Source of the DNA: Leptolyngbyaceae cyanobacterium
GTDB taxonomy: Bacteria > Cyanobacteriota > Cyanobacteriia > Phormidesmidales > Phormidesmidaceae
Assembly (NCBI GenBank): GCA_965263355.1
Contig: CBDHHL010000056.1
Location: 2,112,001 to 2,176,000, forward strand
DNA: 64,000 nt
Direction: 5' to 3'
Numbering within the stretch: position 1 is the stretch's first letter; the number at the start of each line of letters is the position of its first letter. A model generated the notes under the pieces. That model did not search any database and was not told the origin of the DNA. It saw only the letters and a list, made by a program, of their open reading frames with translations. A program made the translations under genes and the position numbers. Shown in pieces: positions 1-10,258 of the stretch.

Positions 1-1023
1 CTCCAGACGATCAACACTTTCCAAATAATCCTGAAAAACATAGAGACGATCAATCGAAGCCGCAAATTTAGTGTATTGGTCAAACTCATACATAATGGCA
101 TTCACTGAGAACGCAATATTGCCAAAAGCTCCCGCCGCTTCAACTAGTTTCCCAATTTCCACATCGCCAGCTAAAATTTGGGGTCCTAAAATAATGCTAG
201 GAATAATCCAGGGGAGAAATCCAAACTGATATTTGAATAAACTCAAATACACCTCAGACCACATAATCCAACGTTTAAAAATGTCAAACACTTGCTGAAA
301 CAAATACCTGGCCCGCTGGTCTTCCTGGGCAATGCCGTTATAGAACGCAATTGACTCAGCATTTTCTCTCACCCGCACCAGCCCAAACCGAAAATCTGCT
401 TCCCGTTTTAGTTTTTCAAAGTTAAGCTGCGTCAACCGACGGCCATAAAAGACAAAGGTCAGTACATAGGCTAACAGGGTGTACACGACCAAAGCCAAGA
501 CTAGATCATCAGAAATAGCATATAAAACAAGGCCAAATGAGATCACAACAATGGTGGAATCTGCAATGGTGAGAAAGAATTGCAGCGATCGTTGGCACAA
601 GATAGCAATGTCTTCCGCGATCCGTTGATCCGGGTTATCAATGTCAGGTTTAAAGTGGCTAAGATTATAAAAAGAACGATTCTGGAAATATTGTTCTAAA
701 AAATAGTGGGTCAACCATTTTCGCCAGTGAATACCAATAGTCTCTCTCGTATAACCATAACCAACATTGACAATACCGACTAAAACAATACCGATCAATG
801 ATACAACAATAGATCGCCAAAACCGCTCAGCATCTTGATCCACAAGGGCTGAGGTCCATTCTCCTTGCTGCGAAATCAAAACCACTTTACCTTGAGTAAA
901 GGTAACCAGCAGCACCAATAAAAGAGCTAAAAGACTGAGGGCTTTAAGTTTCTCCTCACCAAACCAGTAAAGTCGGAAAATCTTGAAAAAGTGTTTAATA
1001 AGCTGAGGATTTCTCTTTTTCAT
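1..1023 (-). CDS. ABC transporter fused permease/ATP-binding protein (SbmA/BacA/YddA-like), partial; runs off the window start
   Basis: Hand translation from the ATG at 1023 gives MKKRNPQLIKHFFKIFRLYWFGEEK..., several hydrophobic segments, DNPDQRIAEDI and EADFRFGLVRVRENAESIAFY, typical of the ABC_membrane_2 family. Confidence 0.85.
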   Translation of the reverse strand, partial: MKKRNPQLIKHFFKIFRLYWFGEEKLKALSLLALLLVLLVTFTQGKVVLISQQGEWTSALVDQDAERFWRSIVVSLIGIVLVGIVNVGYGYTRETIGIHWRKWLTHYFLEQYFQNRSFYNLSHFKPDIDNPDQRIAEDIAILCQRSLQFFLTIADSTIVVISFGLVLYAISDDLVLALVVYTLLAYVLTFVFYGRRLTQLNFEKLKREADFRFGLVRVRENAESIAFYNGIAQEDQRARYLFQQVFDIFKRWIMWSEVYLSLFKYQFGFLPWIIPSIILGPQILAGDVEIGKLVEAAGAFGNIAFSVNAIMYEFDQYTKFAASIDRLYVFQDYLESVDRLE

Positions 1024-1057
1024 GTATGTCAATAAGGTGTTAGGTTAGGCACTTTTT

Positions 1058-1330
1058 CTAACTTCTTCTAATCAGGTCCAACCCACAAATACCGGCAAAT
1101 CCAGCAAAGAAATATGCTGAAAACTGTCCTGCATGAGAATCAATTAACGGAGTTGAAGCACCAATCAACCGACCAGAATTATCACTTGCTGTAAAAATCA
1201 ACACAAATGCTACCAGACATAGACCAACGCCTTTACCCAGGGTATAGTGCCTACTTTTAGAATATTTTTTCGGCTGCATGGGTGTCTTCTGCATCGTGGC
1301 CTCTCGACGTTTTAACTGTTTGCCATTCAT
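1058..1330 (-). CDS. small hypothetical membrane protein (two TM segments)
   Basis: 90-aa ORF with two hydrophobic stretches, co-oriented upstream of the ABC gene. Confidence 0.45.
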   Translation of the reverse strand: MNGKQLKRREATMQKTPMQPKKYSKSRHYTLGKGVGLCLVAFVLIFTASDNSGRLIGASTPLIDSHAGQFSAYFFAGFAGICGLDLIRRS

Positions 1331-1334
1331 GGGC

Positions 1335-1532
1335 CTACTCCCTAGATGCCATTGTAATTAAGCCGACACCGCCCCCCATGAGCAATGCTGCCACACCCGA
1401 AATCTCACGATTTGGAATCAGGCTGATGGCTGTAAACATCAACCCAGTGCCAAACATGACACTGCCAAGGATTGCAATCATACGTTCGGAAAGAGTCATC
1501 ATAGGCAGTCCCAGCAAACATCTAGAGATCAT
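1335..1532 (-). CDS. small hypothetical membrane protein
   Basis: 65-aa ORF with two hydrophobic helices; ends 4 nt before the next minus-strand ORF. Confidence 0.45.
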   Translation of the reverse strand: MISRCLLGLPMMTLSERMIAILGSVMFGTGLMFTAISLIPNREISGVAALLMGGGVGLITMASRE

Positions 1533-1673
1533 TGTAGGAGGCAGCTGGTTTTTACGGGATTCTTAACCTAACCTGTTCCACATTCAAAACAGTCACCTGT
1601 AGGAAACCACAAAATTTCAGCTTGTATAGAGTTTCGTGCAGTACCCTATGGCTGAGAGTTTCATACTGCGCTG

Positions 1674-4058
1674 ATGACTGCCTCTGATCACAACGCACAA
1701 CTGCAGCAACTGCGTGATAGCTTGCGGCCTGGCCAACGTCGTTTGGCCGATTGGCGCGGTGGACCGTTGGCGGTGTCAGCAGTACCAGGTTCGGGGAAGT
1801 CTACCGGTATGGCGGCTGGGGCTGCGATCGCAATCTCCCATTTCCAACTCCATGGCCGCAAACAACTCGTCCTCGTCACCTTTACCCGCTCCGCTGCAGC
1901 CAACTTAAAGGCCAAAGTTCGCCATCACCTCAGAGACCTCAAGCTGCCCTACAACAGTTTTATCGTCCAAACCTTACATGGTCTAGCCCTCAACATCGCT
2001 ACCCACAACCCCGAAGTCTCCGGCATCAACCTCGAAACCACCACCCTTGTCTCCCCCAATCAAAGCAATCGTCTCATCCGCACCGCCGTAGAAGCCTGGA
2101 TCCACACAGCACCAAACCTCTATCACCGTCTGGTCGAAGGCCAAAGCTTTGACGGCGAAGAAACCGAACGGTTGCGCCGACAGTCCGTCCTGCGTACTGA
2201 GGTCCTACCGGACCTGGCCTACACCGCCATCCATGAAGCCAAAAGCTCTGGCCTTCAGCCTGATGAGCTGAACCGCATTGGCCAACAAGCGCCCGCCAAT
2301 ATCTATAACCTATTAGAGGTGGCCGCCGGACTCTACGAACAGTATCAAACCCTGCTCAGCCAGAGAGACTTGATCGATTACGATGACATGATCCTGGCCG
2401 CACTGAAGGCCCTAGACGATCCAGATATTTGCCATCGCTGGCAACGTCAATTCTTTGCCGTATTTGAAGATGAAGCCCAGGATTCGTCGCCATTACAAAC
2501 AAGGTTGTTGGAGAAATTGGCAGCAGATCCAGATGCGGAAAAGGCAGCTTTAGGACAATTGGAAACAGGTTCCCCTCAATATCAGCGAAACAGCAGGAAC
2601 TCCCCTAATCTTGTTCGTGTTGGTGACCCCAACCAGGCCATTAACTCCACATTTACCCCTGCCGACCCTGTCTTCTTCAACCAATTTTGCGATGCCAACC
2701 GCCCCGACCGCCTCGCCACCATTGCCCAGGCCGGACGCAGTACTCAGAAAATTATGGATGCCGCCAACTACGTGCTGCAATGGGTCAACCAACAGTTCCC
2801 TAACGATGCCCTCCCGTTTCGAGCACAGGCCATTCTGCCAGTTCCCCCCGATGACCCCCAGCCCAATGCCAATCCTGCACCGTTAGGTCAGGGGGTTGAG
2901 CTAATCAAACCTGAAGACATCAATGCCTCTGTTCAGAAAATTGCGCACCGGGTTAACGCGCTGATTGATGCTTGGAAAGCAGAGAAAAAAATTAAGCCGT
3001 CAACAGCAACAGCTAAGCCACCTACATTTGCAATTTTGGTCCGAGAAAATCGTCAGGGCCGGTTTATTCGCGAAATTCTGGAAGAGCCTGAACGTCTGGG
3101 ATTTGATTTTATCGAGACTACCGGGCTTAAAATTTATGATGTGGGCAGTCGCGATCGCAGCACTCAAGTTCCCCTCGAAATGCTGCAATTGCTGCAATTT
3201 ATCGAGCGCCCCCATTCCCCCGACTATCTCAAAGGGGCCCTGCGCGTTCTCGTCAACCGCCAACGTATTCCGACCCAGGACCTCAATCCCCTCACCACTA
3301 ACCCTGAACAATTCCTTCACCCTGGCCCCCTCGATCCACCATTGACCACTGAAGCCGCCCTCAACGCCCGCCGCTACTGCACTAGCCTGCTACGGGCCCG
3401 CTTCGACCTACCGCCCTATCACCTGATCCCGTTTCTGGGCTCCACCCTCCAATACAACCAGAGCGAACTGGCCACTGCCGACAAACTAGCGGCCCGCATT
3501 GCCCAACAAACCACAGAAGATAGCAGCCTTAGCACCATGATCAGCGCCATACAAGAAATCGTTAGCTCTGAACGATTTGACGCCATCGAAGCCGAAGATA
3601 CCGAAGCCCAGTACACCCGCTCTGGCCAGCTCACCATCATGACCATGCACAAAGCCAAAGGCCTAGACTGGGATGCCGTATTTCTCCCATTCCTCCACGC
3701 CAAACTTATCCCCGGCGACTCTTGGGTTCCTCCCCAAGGGGAATTTCTCGGCAGCGTATCCTTACCCGATGTTGCCCGGGCCCAAATCCGCGCCTATAGT
3801 CATGGCAATGTCCATCAAAATTCAACCATTCCCGACATTCCTACCGCCTGGCAACGGGCCAATGACCTCAAACAAGCCGAAGAATTTCGCCTGCTCTACG
3901 TCGCCATGACCCGTGCCAAACGTCTGCTATGGATGAGTGCCGCCAAACAAGCCCCCTTCGCCTGGAGCAATCCCGATAACCTGCACGAGGGAACGCCTTG
4001 CCCAGTCTTACCTGCATTAAGCAAATTTATGCGGGAGCAACGGTCAGAGCGGCTTTAG
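1674..4058 (+). CDS. UvrD/REP-family ATP-dependent helicase
   Basis: AVPGSGKS Walker A, EDEAQD, VGDPNQAI, TMHKAKGLDW and RLLYVAMTRAK helicase motifs. Confidence 0.92.
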   Translation: MTASDHNAQLQQLRDSLRPGQRRLADWRGGPLAVSAVPGSGKSTGMAAGAAIAISHFQLHGRKQLVLVTFTRSAAANLKAKVRHHLRDLKLPYNSFIVQTLHGLALNIATHNPEVSGINLETTTLVSPNQSNRLIRTAVEAWIHTAPNLYHRLVEGQSFDGEETERLRRQSVLRTEVLPDLAYTAIHEAKSSGLQPDELNRIGQQAPANIYNLLEVAAGLYEQYQTLLSQRDLIDYDDMILAALKALDDPDICHRWQRQFFAVFEDEAQDSSPLQTRLLEKLAADPDAEKAALGQLETGSPQYQRNSRNSPNLVRVGDPNQAINSTFTPADPVFFNQFCDANRPDRLATIAQAGRSTQKIMDAANYVLQWVNQQFPNDALPFRAQAILPVPPDDPQPNANPAPLGQGVELIKPEDINASVQKIAHRVNALIDAWKAEKKIKPSTATAKPPTFAILVRENRQGRFIREILEEPERLGFDFIETTGLKIYDVGSRDRSTQVPLEMLQLLQFIERPHSPDYLKGALRVLVNRQRIPTQDLNPLTTNPEQFLHPGPLDPPLTTEAALNARRYCTSLLRARFDLPPYHLIPFLGSTLQYNQSELATADKLAARIAQQTTEDSSLSTMISAIQEIVSSERFDAIEAEDTEAQYTRSGQLTIMTMHKAKGLDWDAVFLPFLHAKLIPGDSWVPPQGEFLGSVSLPDVARAQIRAYSHGNVHQNSTIPDIPTAWQRANDLKQAEEFRLLYVAMTRAKRLLWMSAAKQAPFAWSNPDNLHEGTPCPVLPALSKFMREQRSERL

Positions 4059-4132
4059 AATTAGGGATAATTGATAATTAACAATGAATAGTTGATAGTT
4101 ATCAATCGTTAATTATCAATTAGGAGCCCACC

Positions 4133-4438
4133 ATGACCATCTCTCTGCTCAAGTTCTCTTCTGAAGATTGTGGTCTTTGCCACAAAATGTCCTTTTACGA
4201 CGCCAAGGTGGCCAATGAACTAGGTTTGGACTTTATCGATATCAAAATGCAAGATACAGCTACCTATCGAAAATACCGACAGATCTTACTCACTCAATAT
4301 CCAGACAAAGTAGATATGGGCTGGCCCACTTACATCATTTGTGAAGAACCAGAAGGGGAGTTCAAGATTTTAGGCGAAGTCAAAGGGGGCCATCCCAAAG
4401 GAGAATTTCGTAAACGACTTCAAGCAGTGGTGAATTGA
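4133..4438 (+). CDS. thioredoxin-like protein
   Basis: CGLC (CxxC) motif, GWPT cis-Pro loop, AGGAG RBS. Confidence 0.8.
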   Translation: MTISLLKFSSEDCGLCHKMSFYDAKVANELGLDFIDIKMQDTATYRKYRQILLTQYPDKVDMGWPTYIICEEPEGEFKILGEVKGGHPKGEFRKRLQAVVN

Positions 4439-4499
4439 TATCATCGCCCAACGGCAAACGTTGCAAAATCATTTCCCCATGCCCATCAAGCCAAATAAA

Positions 4500-4526
4500 A
4501 AAGCTGAAGGACTAATCCCCAGCTTT
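4500..4526. terminator. probable bidirectional intrinsic terminator
   Basis: AAAGCTG...CAGCTTT hairpin between convergent genes. Confidence 0.5.
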
Positions 4527-4625
4527 ATATAAAGTTATTAACGTGAAATGTTATTTGAGTCTGTCTAGCCAGACTATCTAACCCGAACAGCTAGATAGCC
4601 TGATGGATTGCATTATCTATTGGAG

Positions 4626-4889
4626 TTAAAGCACACCAACGGAGGCCAAACCAATGATGGCACCAATGCCGATGACGTGGCCTAGGCTAGTGCAGGCCAA
4701 CATTGCACCATGGCTCATACCACCGAAAAATTCGGGGGAAGGCAGGCCAAGGCCAATATTCTTATGCTTGATACCGTAGTTACCAAGCGCGATCGCAAGG
4801 ATATTACAGATGATCATGACGAGGCCCACTTTGGGGCTCCAAGCGACAGTGGCGGGAGTCACTGCCAATAAAGAAGGTAAGTAAAGCAA
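4626..4889 (-). CDS. psaK: photosystem I subunit PsaK
   Basis: WSPKVGLVMIICNILAI and TSLGHVIGIGAIIGL signature. Confidence 0.92.
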   Translation of the reverse strand: MLYLPSLLAVTPATVAWSPKVGLVMIICNILAIALGNYGIKHKNIGLGLPSPEFFGGMSHGAMLACTSLGHVIGIGAIIGLASVGVL

Positions 4890-5038
4890 TTTACCGTCTC
4901 CTCTCAGAAATAGTATGGTTTTGAAGTCTGGAGCCTGACTTAGCGCAAACTAAGTACAAACCTTGTCATTATCTTTAATCAATGCGAAAGCTCAAAGACC
5001 GCCTCGTTGCAATACTTTACAATAGAGTATAAATACTT

Positions 5039-5449
5039 ATGATTCACGGTTTACTTTGGCTACCCCTTCTAGTCTTCTTTTTTTGGATTACCTGGGCCGG
5101 TTGGAACGAATACCAAAAAGTAGAAACCTACAAACAGTGGGCTACCCAATTTGAGCGCGCTAAATACGATATCTATGCCGCTTTAGGGCAAGCTGACCGC
5201 ACAATCACCTGGGGCTTACCGACGCGACAGGGGGTGATTGACTTGCAAAAAACCGAGCTAGATCACATTCACACCATAGATCTGCTGATTAAGGGTGATG
5301 ATGCATTTACCCAGCAAGTCACAGGAAACGCCAAGAAAGGTGACGCCGTCATTCAGCTAACGCTCGACAATGGCGCTACACCACAGATTCCATTTACAGA
5401 TGCCACCCTCGCAAAGCAGTGGCATGAGTTCTTAGTAAAGTCCTTATAA
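5039..5449 (+). CDS. conserved cyanobacterial hypothetical membrane-anchored protein
   Basis: N-terminal TM helix followed by GWNEYQKVE...AKYDIYA. Confidence 0.75.
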   Translation: MIHGLLWLPLLVFFFWITWAGWNEYQKVETYKQWATQFERAKYDIYAALGQADRTITWGLPTRQGVIDLQKTELDHIHTIDLLIKGDDAFTQQVTGNAKKGDAVIQLTLDNGATPQIPFTDATLAKQWHEFLVKSL

Positions 5450-5636
5450 ATGTCTCGGGTTAAAACTTTTTTCCCAGAAGTGTCAGCATAAGGCCCCCAT
5501 TGGGAAGTCTTGATGCTTAAATATATTATTTTCAGACCTTCAAGCACATCGATCGGCTCTTAATCTTAAGCACAAGCAGTATCTCCTGCTCCCCCAATTT
5601 CCCCTGGCAACATCACCTACACCTACCGCCGTCTCT

Positions 5637-6476
5637 ATGCCAGACATCACCGAGTTCTCTAAGGAAAATCTGACCACCCGTCGACACAACCTCAAACGTA
5701 GACGTCATAGGCTTTTCTTGCAGAAACTATGGCAACATACGGCCATAATTGGCCTCATGGTGGGCTGTTTGAGTGTAGCCACTTCTAACCGTTGGCAGAT
5801 TCAGTCAACTGCGCAGATCACCCTCAGCGGCAATCGCCTCCTACCCGATGAGGAAATCCATGAACTTATGGATATCGACTATCCGCAATCCCTACTCAAG
5901 ATCACACCGTTGGAGTTAGAAAATATTTTGATCGCTAAAGGCCCCATTGCTGATGCGATTGTAAGACGCCGACTACTGCCACCAGGGTTAAACATTCGGA
6001 TTCAAGAACGAATACCAGTTGCGATCACACTTCCCAATACTGAAGTTGCCATTAAATCTTTAGATGACGACCCCCAAGGCTTTACCCAGATGGGGCTACT
6101 CGATGCTAATGGCTACTGGATGCCCTACAACAGCTTTACACAGCTAGGCTCCCAGGAACCAACACTTCAGATACAGGGAATGCGCCCCACTTACCAAAAA
6201 GACTGGCCTGACATATACCAAACATTAAAAACTCATCCAGTCTCCGTTTTCCAGCTAGATTGGCGCGACCCAACCAATTTGATTCTGCACACAGAGCTGG
6301 GAACAGTTCACGTCGGTCCCTACGGAGCCAATTTTTCTAAACAGTTGACTGCCCTCGACCAAATGCGCAATTTGAACGCCAAAATGAATATTGAAGAAAT
6401 TGCCTTTATTGACTTGAGCAATCCCGAAAATCCCACATTAGAAATACTCCAAGCAACTAAGACAGTAACCCCTTAA
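5637..6476 (+). CDS. ftsQ: cell division protein FtsQ/DivIB
   Basis: Basic N-terminus, one TM helix, POTRA-like region (RRLLPPGLNIRIQERIPVA), directly upstream of ftsZ. Confidence 0.88.
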   Translation: MPDITEFSKENLTTRRHNLKRRRHRLFLQKLWQHTAIIGLMVGCLSVATSNRWQIQSTAQITLSGNRLLPDEEIHELMDIDYPQSLLKITPLELENILIAKGPIADAIVRRRLLPPGLNIRIQERIPVAITLPNTEVAIKSLDDDPQGFTQMGLLDANGYWMPYNSFTQLGSQEPTLQIQGMRPTYQKDWPDIYQTLKTHPVSVFQLDWRDPTNLILHTELGTVHVGPYGANFSKQLTALDQMRNLNAKMNIEEIAFIDLSNPENPTLEILQATKTVTP

Positions 6477-6954
6477 TGAAGGCTATAGGTAACATCACTT
6501 AAGATCGCTGTACACACTCAACTACAATTATCTGCGGTCTTAAATCCTGATACTTAGATAGTGAGTTATAACAACTATCTCTTACTTGTAATCCAGACAA
6601 TTAGTCTGCTTTTTTGGGAAGCAAGTTCTTAACCACTAAAATTCTTGAATTAATTAGGAAGTTTAGTTGGTTTTTCAAGCAAGTTCCCGTATAGTTGACT
6701 AGAATATGAGCCCATAGTGTTCGAAATCAATCTTCAGAATCTCTGTAAAGCTCTTGGACAGCTTACTTCGGGCTTCCTCTGCATAGTTTGATGCGTCACC
6801 TGATCTGCCATTGCTAGAGACCTGCCCTAATTAGTTTGTAATTGCTATATAGTTAGTCTTTACTTTTAGGGTGGCAGTCGTTGGTGTTTTGTGACTATTT
6901 AGGTCAATAGCTCACCAACACTTCTTATTATATTTGTTGCCCTATGGTTGCCCT

Positions 6955-8196
6955 ATGTCTAACTCATCCTCACAAAACTCTCACGGAAATTCGAGCTTGA
7001 GCCTCAATATGTCTGATATGAATAATAATCATCATAATGAATCTACGTTGAGTAGTACGGCTATGGGGAGTGATATTGTGCCGGGCAGTATGGCAAGGAT
7101 TAAGGTTGTCGGTGTCGGCGGCGGTGGCTGTAATGCAGTGAATCGTATGATTGACACTGGCGTATCGGGTATCGAGTTTTGGGCCCTGAATACCGATGCC
7201 CAGGCCCTAACCAAGGCAAACAGCTCTAACCCACTACAATTGGGTCAAAAACTTACCCGTGGCCTAGGGGCAGGGGGTAATCCAGCCATTGGTCAAAAGG
7301 CCGCTGAAGAGTCACGGGATGAGATTTCAACGGCCATTGAGGGTGCTGACCTAGTCTTTATTACCGCAGGGATGGGGGGCGGCACTGGTACAGGGGCGGC
7401 TCCCGTAGTAGCGGAAGCCGCCAAAGAAGCAGGAGCGTTGACCATTGGCGTCGTCACTCGTCCCTTTACCTTTGAAGGTCGTCGTCGGACGTCCCAATCA
7501 GAAGAAGGGATCATGGCGCTACAAGAGTGTGTCGACACCCTGATCATCATTCCTAACGACAAGCTACTGTCAGTAATATCAGAGCAAACTCCGGTACAAG
7601 AAGCATTTCGGTTTGCCGATGATATTTTGCGCCAAGGCGTTCAAGGTATTTCTGACATCATTACCATCTCTGGCTTGGTCAACGTTGACTTTGCCGATGT
7701 TCGAGCGGTGATGGCCGATGCTGGATCTGCCCTCATGGGTATTGGTGTTGGGTCCGGTAAATCTCGTGCCCGAGAAGCAGCGATCGCAGCGATCTCATCA
7801 CCATTATTAGAAACGTCCATTGATGGTGCAACAGGGGCTGTGCTCAATATCACGGGCGGCAACGACATGACCCTCCATGAGGTCAATTCGGCAGCGGAGA
7901 TCATCTACGAAGCAGTTGATCCCAATGCCAATATTATCTTTGGTGCTGTGATTGATGAGCGGATGCAGGGCGAAGTGCGACTTACCGTGATCGCCACGGG
8001 CTTCAATGTCAATAGCGAATTCGGTAGTGCGAGTGCGGCGGCTACCTCACCATCGCGGATTGCCCCCCTGAAACGTCCATCCTCCGTAAATCCGGTACCA
8101 GCATCTGATATACCGAACATCCCTAGCAATCGACCTGGCACTTCACCGGACCTGGACATTCCAGATTTCCTGCAACGGCGACGGCAATCGCGGTAG
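6955..8196 (+). CDS. ftsZ: cell division protein FtsZ (start uncertain; ORF opens at 6934)
   Basis: [19 protein letters not shown] tubulin signature, NVDFADV, C-terminal LDIPDFL. Confidence 0.98.
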   Translation: MSNSSSQNSHGNSSLSLNMSDMNNNHHNESTLSSTAMGSDIVPGSMARIKVVGVGGGGCNAVNRMIDTGVSGIEFWALNTDAQALTKANSSNPLQLGQKLTRGLGAGGNPAIGQKAAEESRDEISTAIEGADLVFITAGMGGGTGTGAAPVVAEAAKEAGALTIGVVTRPFTFEGRRRTSQSEEGIMALQECVDTLIIIPNDKLLSVISEQTPVQEAFRFADDILRQGVQGISDIITISGLVNVDFADVRAVMADAGSALMGIGVGSGKSRAREAAIAAISSPLLETSIDGATGAVLNITGGNDMTLHEVNSAAEIIYEAVDPNANIIFGAVIDERMQGEVRLTVIATGFNVNSEFGSASAAATSPSRIAPLKRPSSVNPVPASDIPNIPSNRPGTSPDLDIPDFLQRRRQSR

Positions 8197-8209
8197 GCAT
8201 TAGTTTTTT

Positions 8210-9007
8210 ATGGTTTACATTCCACCAGTAGCTCTAACCATCGCTGGCTCAGATAGTGGTGGTGGTGCTGGTATTCAAGCTGACCTGCGGACATTTTCAT
8301 TCCATGCCGTCCATGGCACCAGTGCCCTAACTTGCATTACGGCCCAAAATACCCAAGGTGTGTCACGGGTTGATGCTCTGGAGCCTGAGGCTGTCATCGC
8401 CCAAATTGAAGCTGTCGTCAACGACATTGGTATCCAGGCACTGAAAACAGGCATGTTGCTTAATCAAGCCATCATTGAAGCGGTAACAGACTATCTCAAA
8501 GGGTTAGTTGATATTGGCTGTGTGGTGGATCCGGTAATGGTCTCGCGTACGGGGGCTCAACTTATTGATGATGGTGCGATCGCAGCCCTAAAACAACTCA
8601 TTCCCCTAGCCACCGTCCTTACCCCCAATCGTTACGAAGCTGAAATTCTCAGCGGCCAATCCATCCAAACCCTGCAAGACATGGAAACGGCTGCCCAAAT
8701 TATTCATAAATTAGGGGCCCATGCCGTCATCGTTAAAGGTGGTGGCTTTGACGGCGACCTACGTGGCATTGACGTTTGGTACGATGGCACCACCCTAACC
8801 AAACTCACCACCCACTGCATTGACACCACCGATACCCACGGCACTGGCTGCACCCTTTCAGCGGCAATTGCGGCTAACCTAGCTCTGGGTTACAGTCCTT
8901 TCGAAGCGGTTACCCGCGCCAAAGACTATGTAACGAAAGCACTAGGCTACGCCTTACGAATTGGTCAGGGTCAGGGACCGGTAGGCCATTTTTATCCCTT
9001 GTTATAG
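8210..9007 (+). CDS. thiD: hydroxymethylpyrimidine/phosphomethylpyrimidine kinase
   Basis: TIAGSDSGGGAGIQADL and THGTGCT motifs. Confidence 0.95.
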   Translation: MVYIPPVALTIAGSDSGGGAGIQADLRTFSFHAVHGTSALTCITAQNTQGVSRVDALEPEAVIAQIEAVVNDIGIQALKTGMLLNQAIIEAVTDYLKGLVDIGCVVDPVMVSRTGAQLIDDGAIAALKQLIPLATVLTPNRYEAEILSGQSIQTLQDMETAAQIIHKLGAHAVIVKGGGFDGDLRGIDVWYDGTTLTKLTTHCIDTTDTHGTGCTLSAAIAANLALGYSPFEAVTRAKDYVTKALGYALRIGQGQGPVGHFYPLL

Positions 9008-9015
9008 GTGTTATA

Positions 9016-9065
9016 GGGTCATTTTTGTAGGGGTGTTGCATGCAACGCTCCTACAAAAATGACCC
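9016..9065. repeat. REP-like long palindrome, probably also a terminator between convergent genes
   Basis: GGGTCATTTTTGTAGGGGTGTTGCATGCAACGCTCCTACAAAAATGACCC; core related to copies at 19156 and 34065. Confidence 0.7.
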
Positions 9066-9083
9066 GGAAAAAACCCTTGTGAA

Positions 9084-9536
9084 TTAGTCCTTCGGCTGGG
9101 GCCAAACACTATCCCAATCAGGACATTCATCGTAGCCCTCAGGTCCATTGGGATGTAACGCACAGACCAGCATCTGGCCACCATAGCTCTCGCCATGGTA
9201 GTAGGAACAGCCCGCACACTTAGGGTGATTCTGCAACCAGGGAGTCAGGGTTTGATGTATCGGTGCCATAGTTTGCTCACACCAAGTCACCATCGACCCA
9301 ACGAATGGATCAATCTGGGTTTCTAACTCATCCAGTGCCTGGGAAAGCGGCGGCGAAATATTGTCCATAACTTGTTCCGCCAACTCATCAGCCATTTCAT
9401 CCGCTGCATCCAAAAGCGGACTAACCACTTCAGTGGCCTGATCAGCCAGATCATCCAAAAACTGCTCAGTTTTATCCAAAGTATTGTAAACAGATGTTTC
9501 CAAGTTTTGCTGGAGCTGTTTTAGCCAATCGTCCAT
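9084..9536 (-). CDS. conserved cyanobacterial hypothetical protein with C-terminal Cys/His cluster
   Basis: Acidic helical N-terminus, then CAGCSYYHG...LVCALHP...CPDW. Confidence 0.75.
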   Translation of the reverse strand: MDDWLKQLQQNLETSVYNTLDKTEQFLDDLADQATEVVSPLLDAADEMADELAEQVMDNISPPLSQALDELETQIDPFVGSMVTWCEQTMAPIHQTLTPWLQNHPKCAGCSYYHGESYGGQMLVCALHPNGPEGYDECPDWDSVWPQPKD

Positions 9537-9593
9537 AGGGCAACAAAGGGGTAATCAGTAGGCAACGTTTTGAATTAAGCAAACAAAACTCCC

Positions 9594-9965
9594 TTAGGAA
9601 TTATCTTCTTCTTTTAAACGCTGTAGCTCAGCTTGCAGGTCCTCAATTTCTTTACGGAGGGCATCGGTCGCCGCTTGATCGTCAGCATCGTCCTCTTCAA
9701 TGATTTCAATCTTGCGAGGGGCTATATCCGCTGATTGAGCAGACTCCGTCGATGCAGCAGATTTCTGGGCCCGGTCAACCATGTCATTAACCATTTTTTG
9801 GGCTTCCTCAGCGGTGATTTCACCGCGAGCGACCAGTTCATCCACTAATTTCTGGGCCTGCTGACGCAAATCGCTAAACCCATCACCCGCTTTTTCAGAG
9901 GCATAGGACGCTAAACCTACGCCTAAATAGAATGCTTTTTGCACTAATTGGCCAAAATCTGCCAC
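9594..9965 (-). CDS. phasin-like coiled-coil protein
   Basis: QKAFYLGVGLA...LVDELVARGEIT motif, C-terminal coiled coil; GTG start with AGAGGAG RBS. Confidence 0.7.
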   Translation of the reverse strand: MADFGQLVQKAFYLGVGLASYASEKAGDGFSDLRQQAQKLVDELVARGEITAEEAQKMVNDMVDRAQKSAASTESAQSADIAPRKIEIIEEDDADDQAATDALRKEIEDLQAELQRLKEEDNS

Positions 9966-10131
9966 TACTTACGCTCCTCTAACAACACTGGGCGCACAAC
10001 ATTAGGCGCACTATTCAGATGCGATTACCACCTCACATTTTCCGTTCTAACAAGAGATTGCGAGCGTGTGTAGCGTATTAAACGTCGGATAGCCGTACCT
10101 GATTAGAGCCAGACTCACCCTAAAAACAGAG

Positions 10132-10230
10132 GAGACCCGGAGACTACGCCTATCGCAAGCATCCCGTATTGCTGCTACCTTCCGGTCCTGACAAGGTTTG
10201 GGCGTTGTGATCGCATAGATCCGAGTCGCT
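10132..10230 (-). ncRNA. ffs: signal recognition particle RNA (4.5S)
   Basis: Minus strand contains TGTCAGGACCGGAAGGTAGCAGCA (conserved SRP domain IV) inside a long hairpin closed by GACTCGGA/TCCGGGTC. Confidence 0.93.
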
Positions 10231-10258
10231 TACTAGCATAGCACCGTTTTCACGACCA

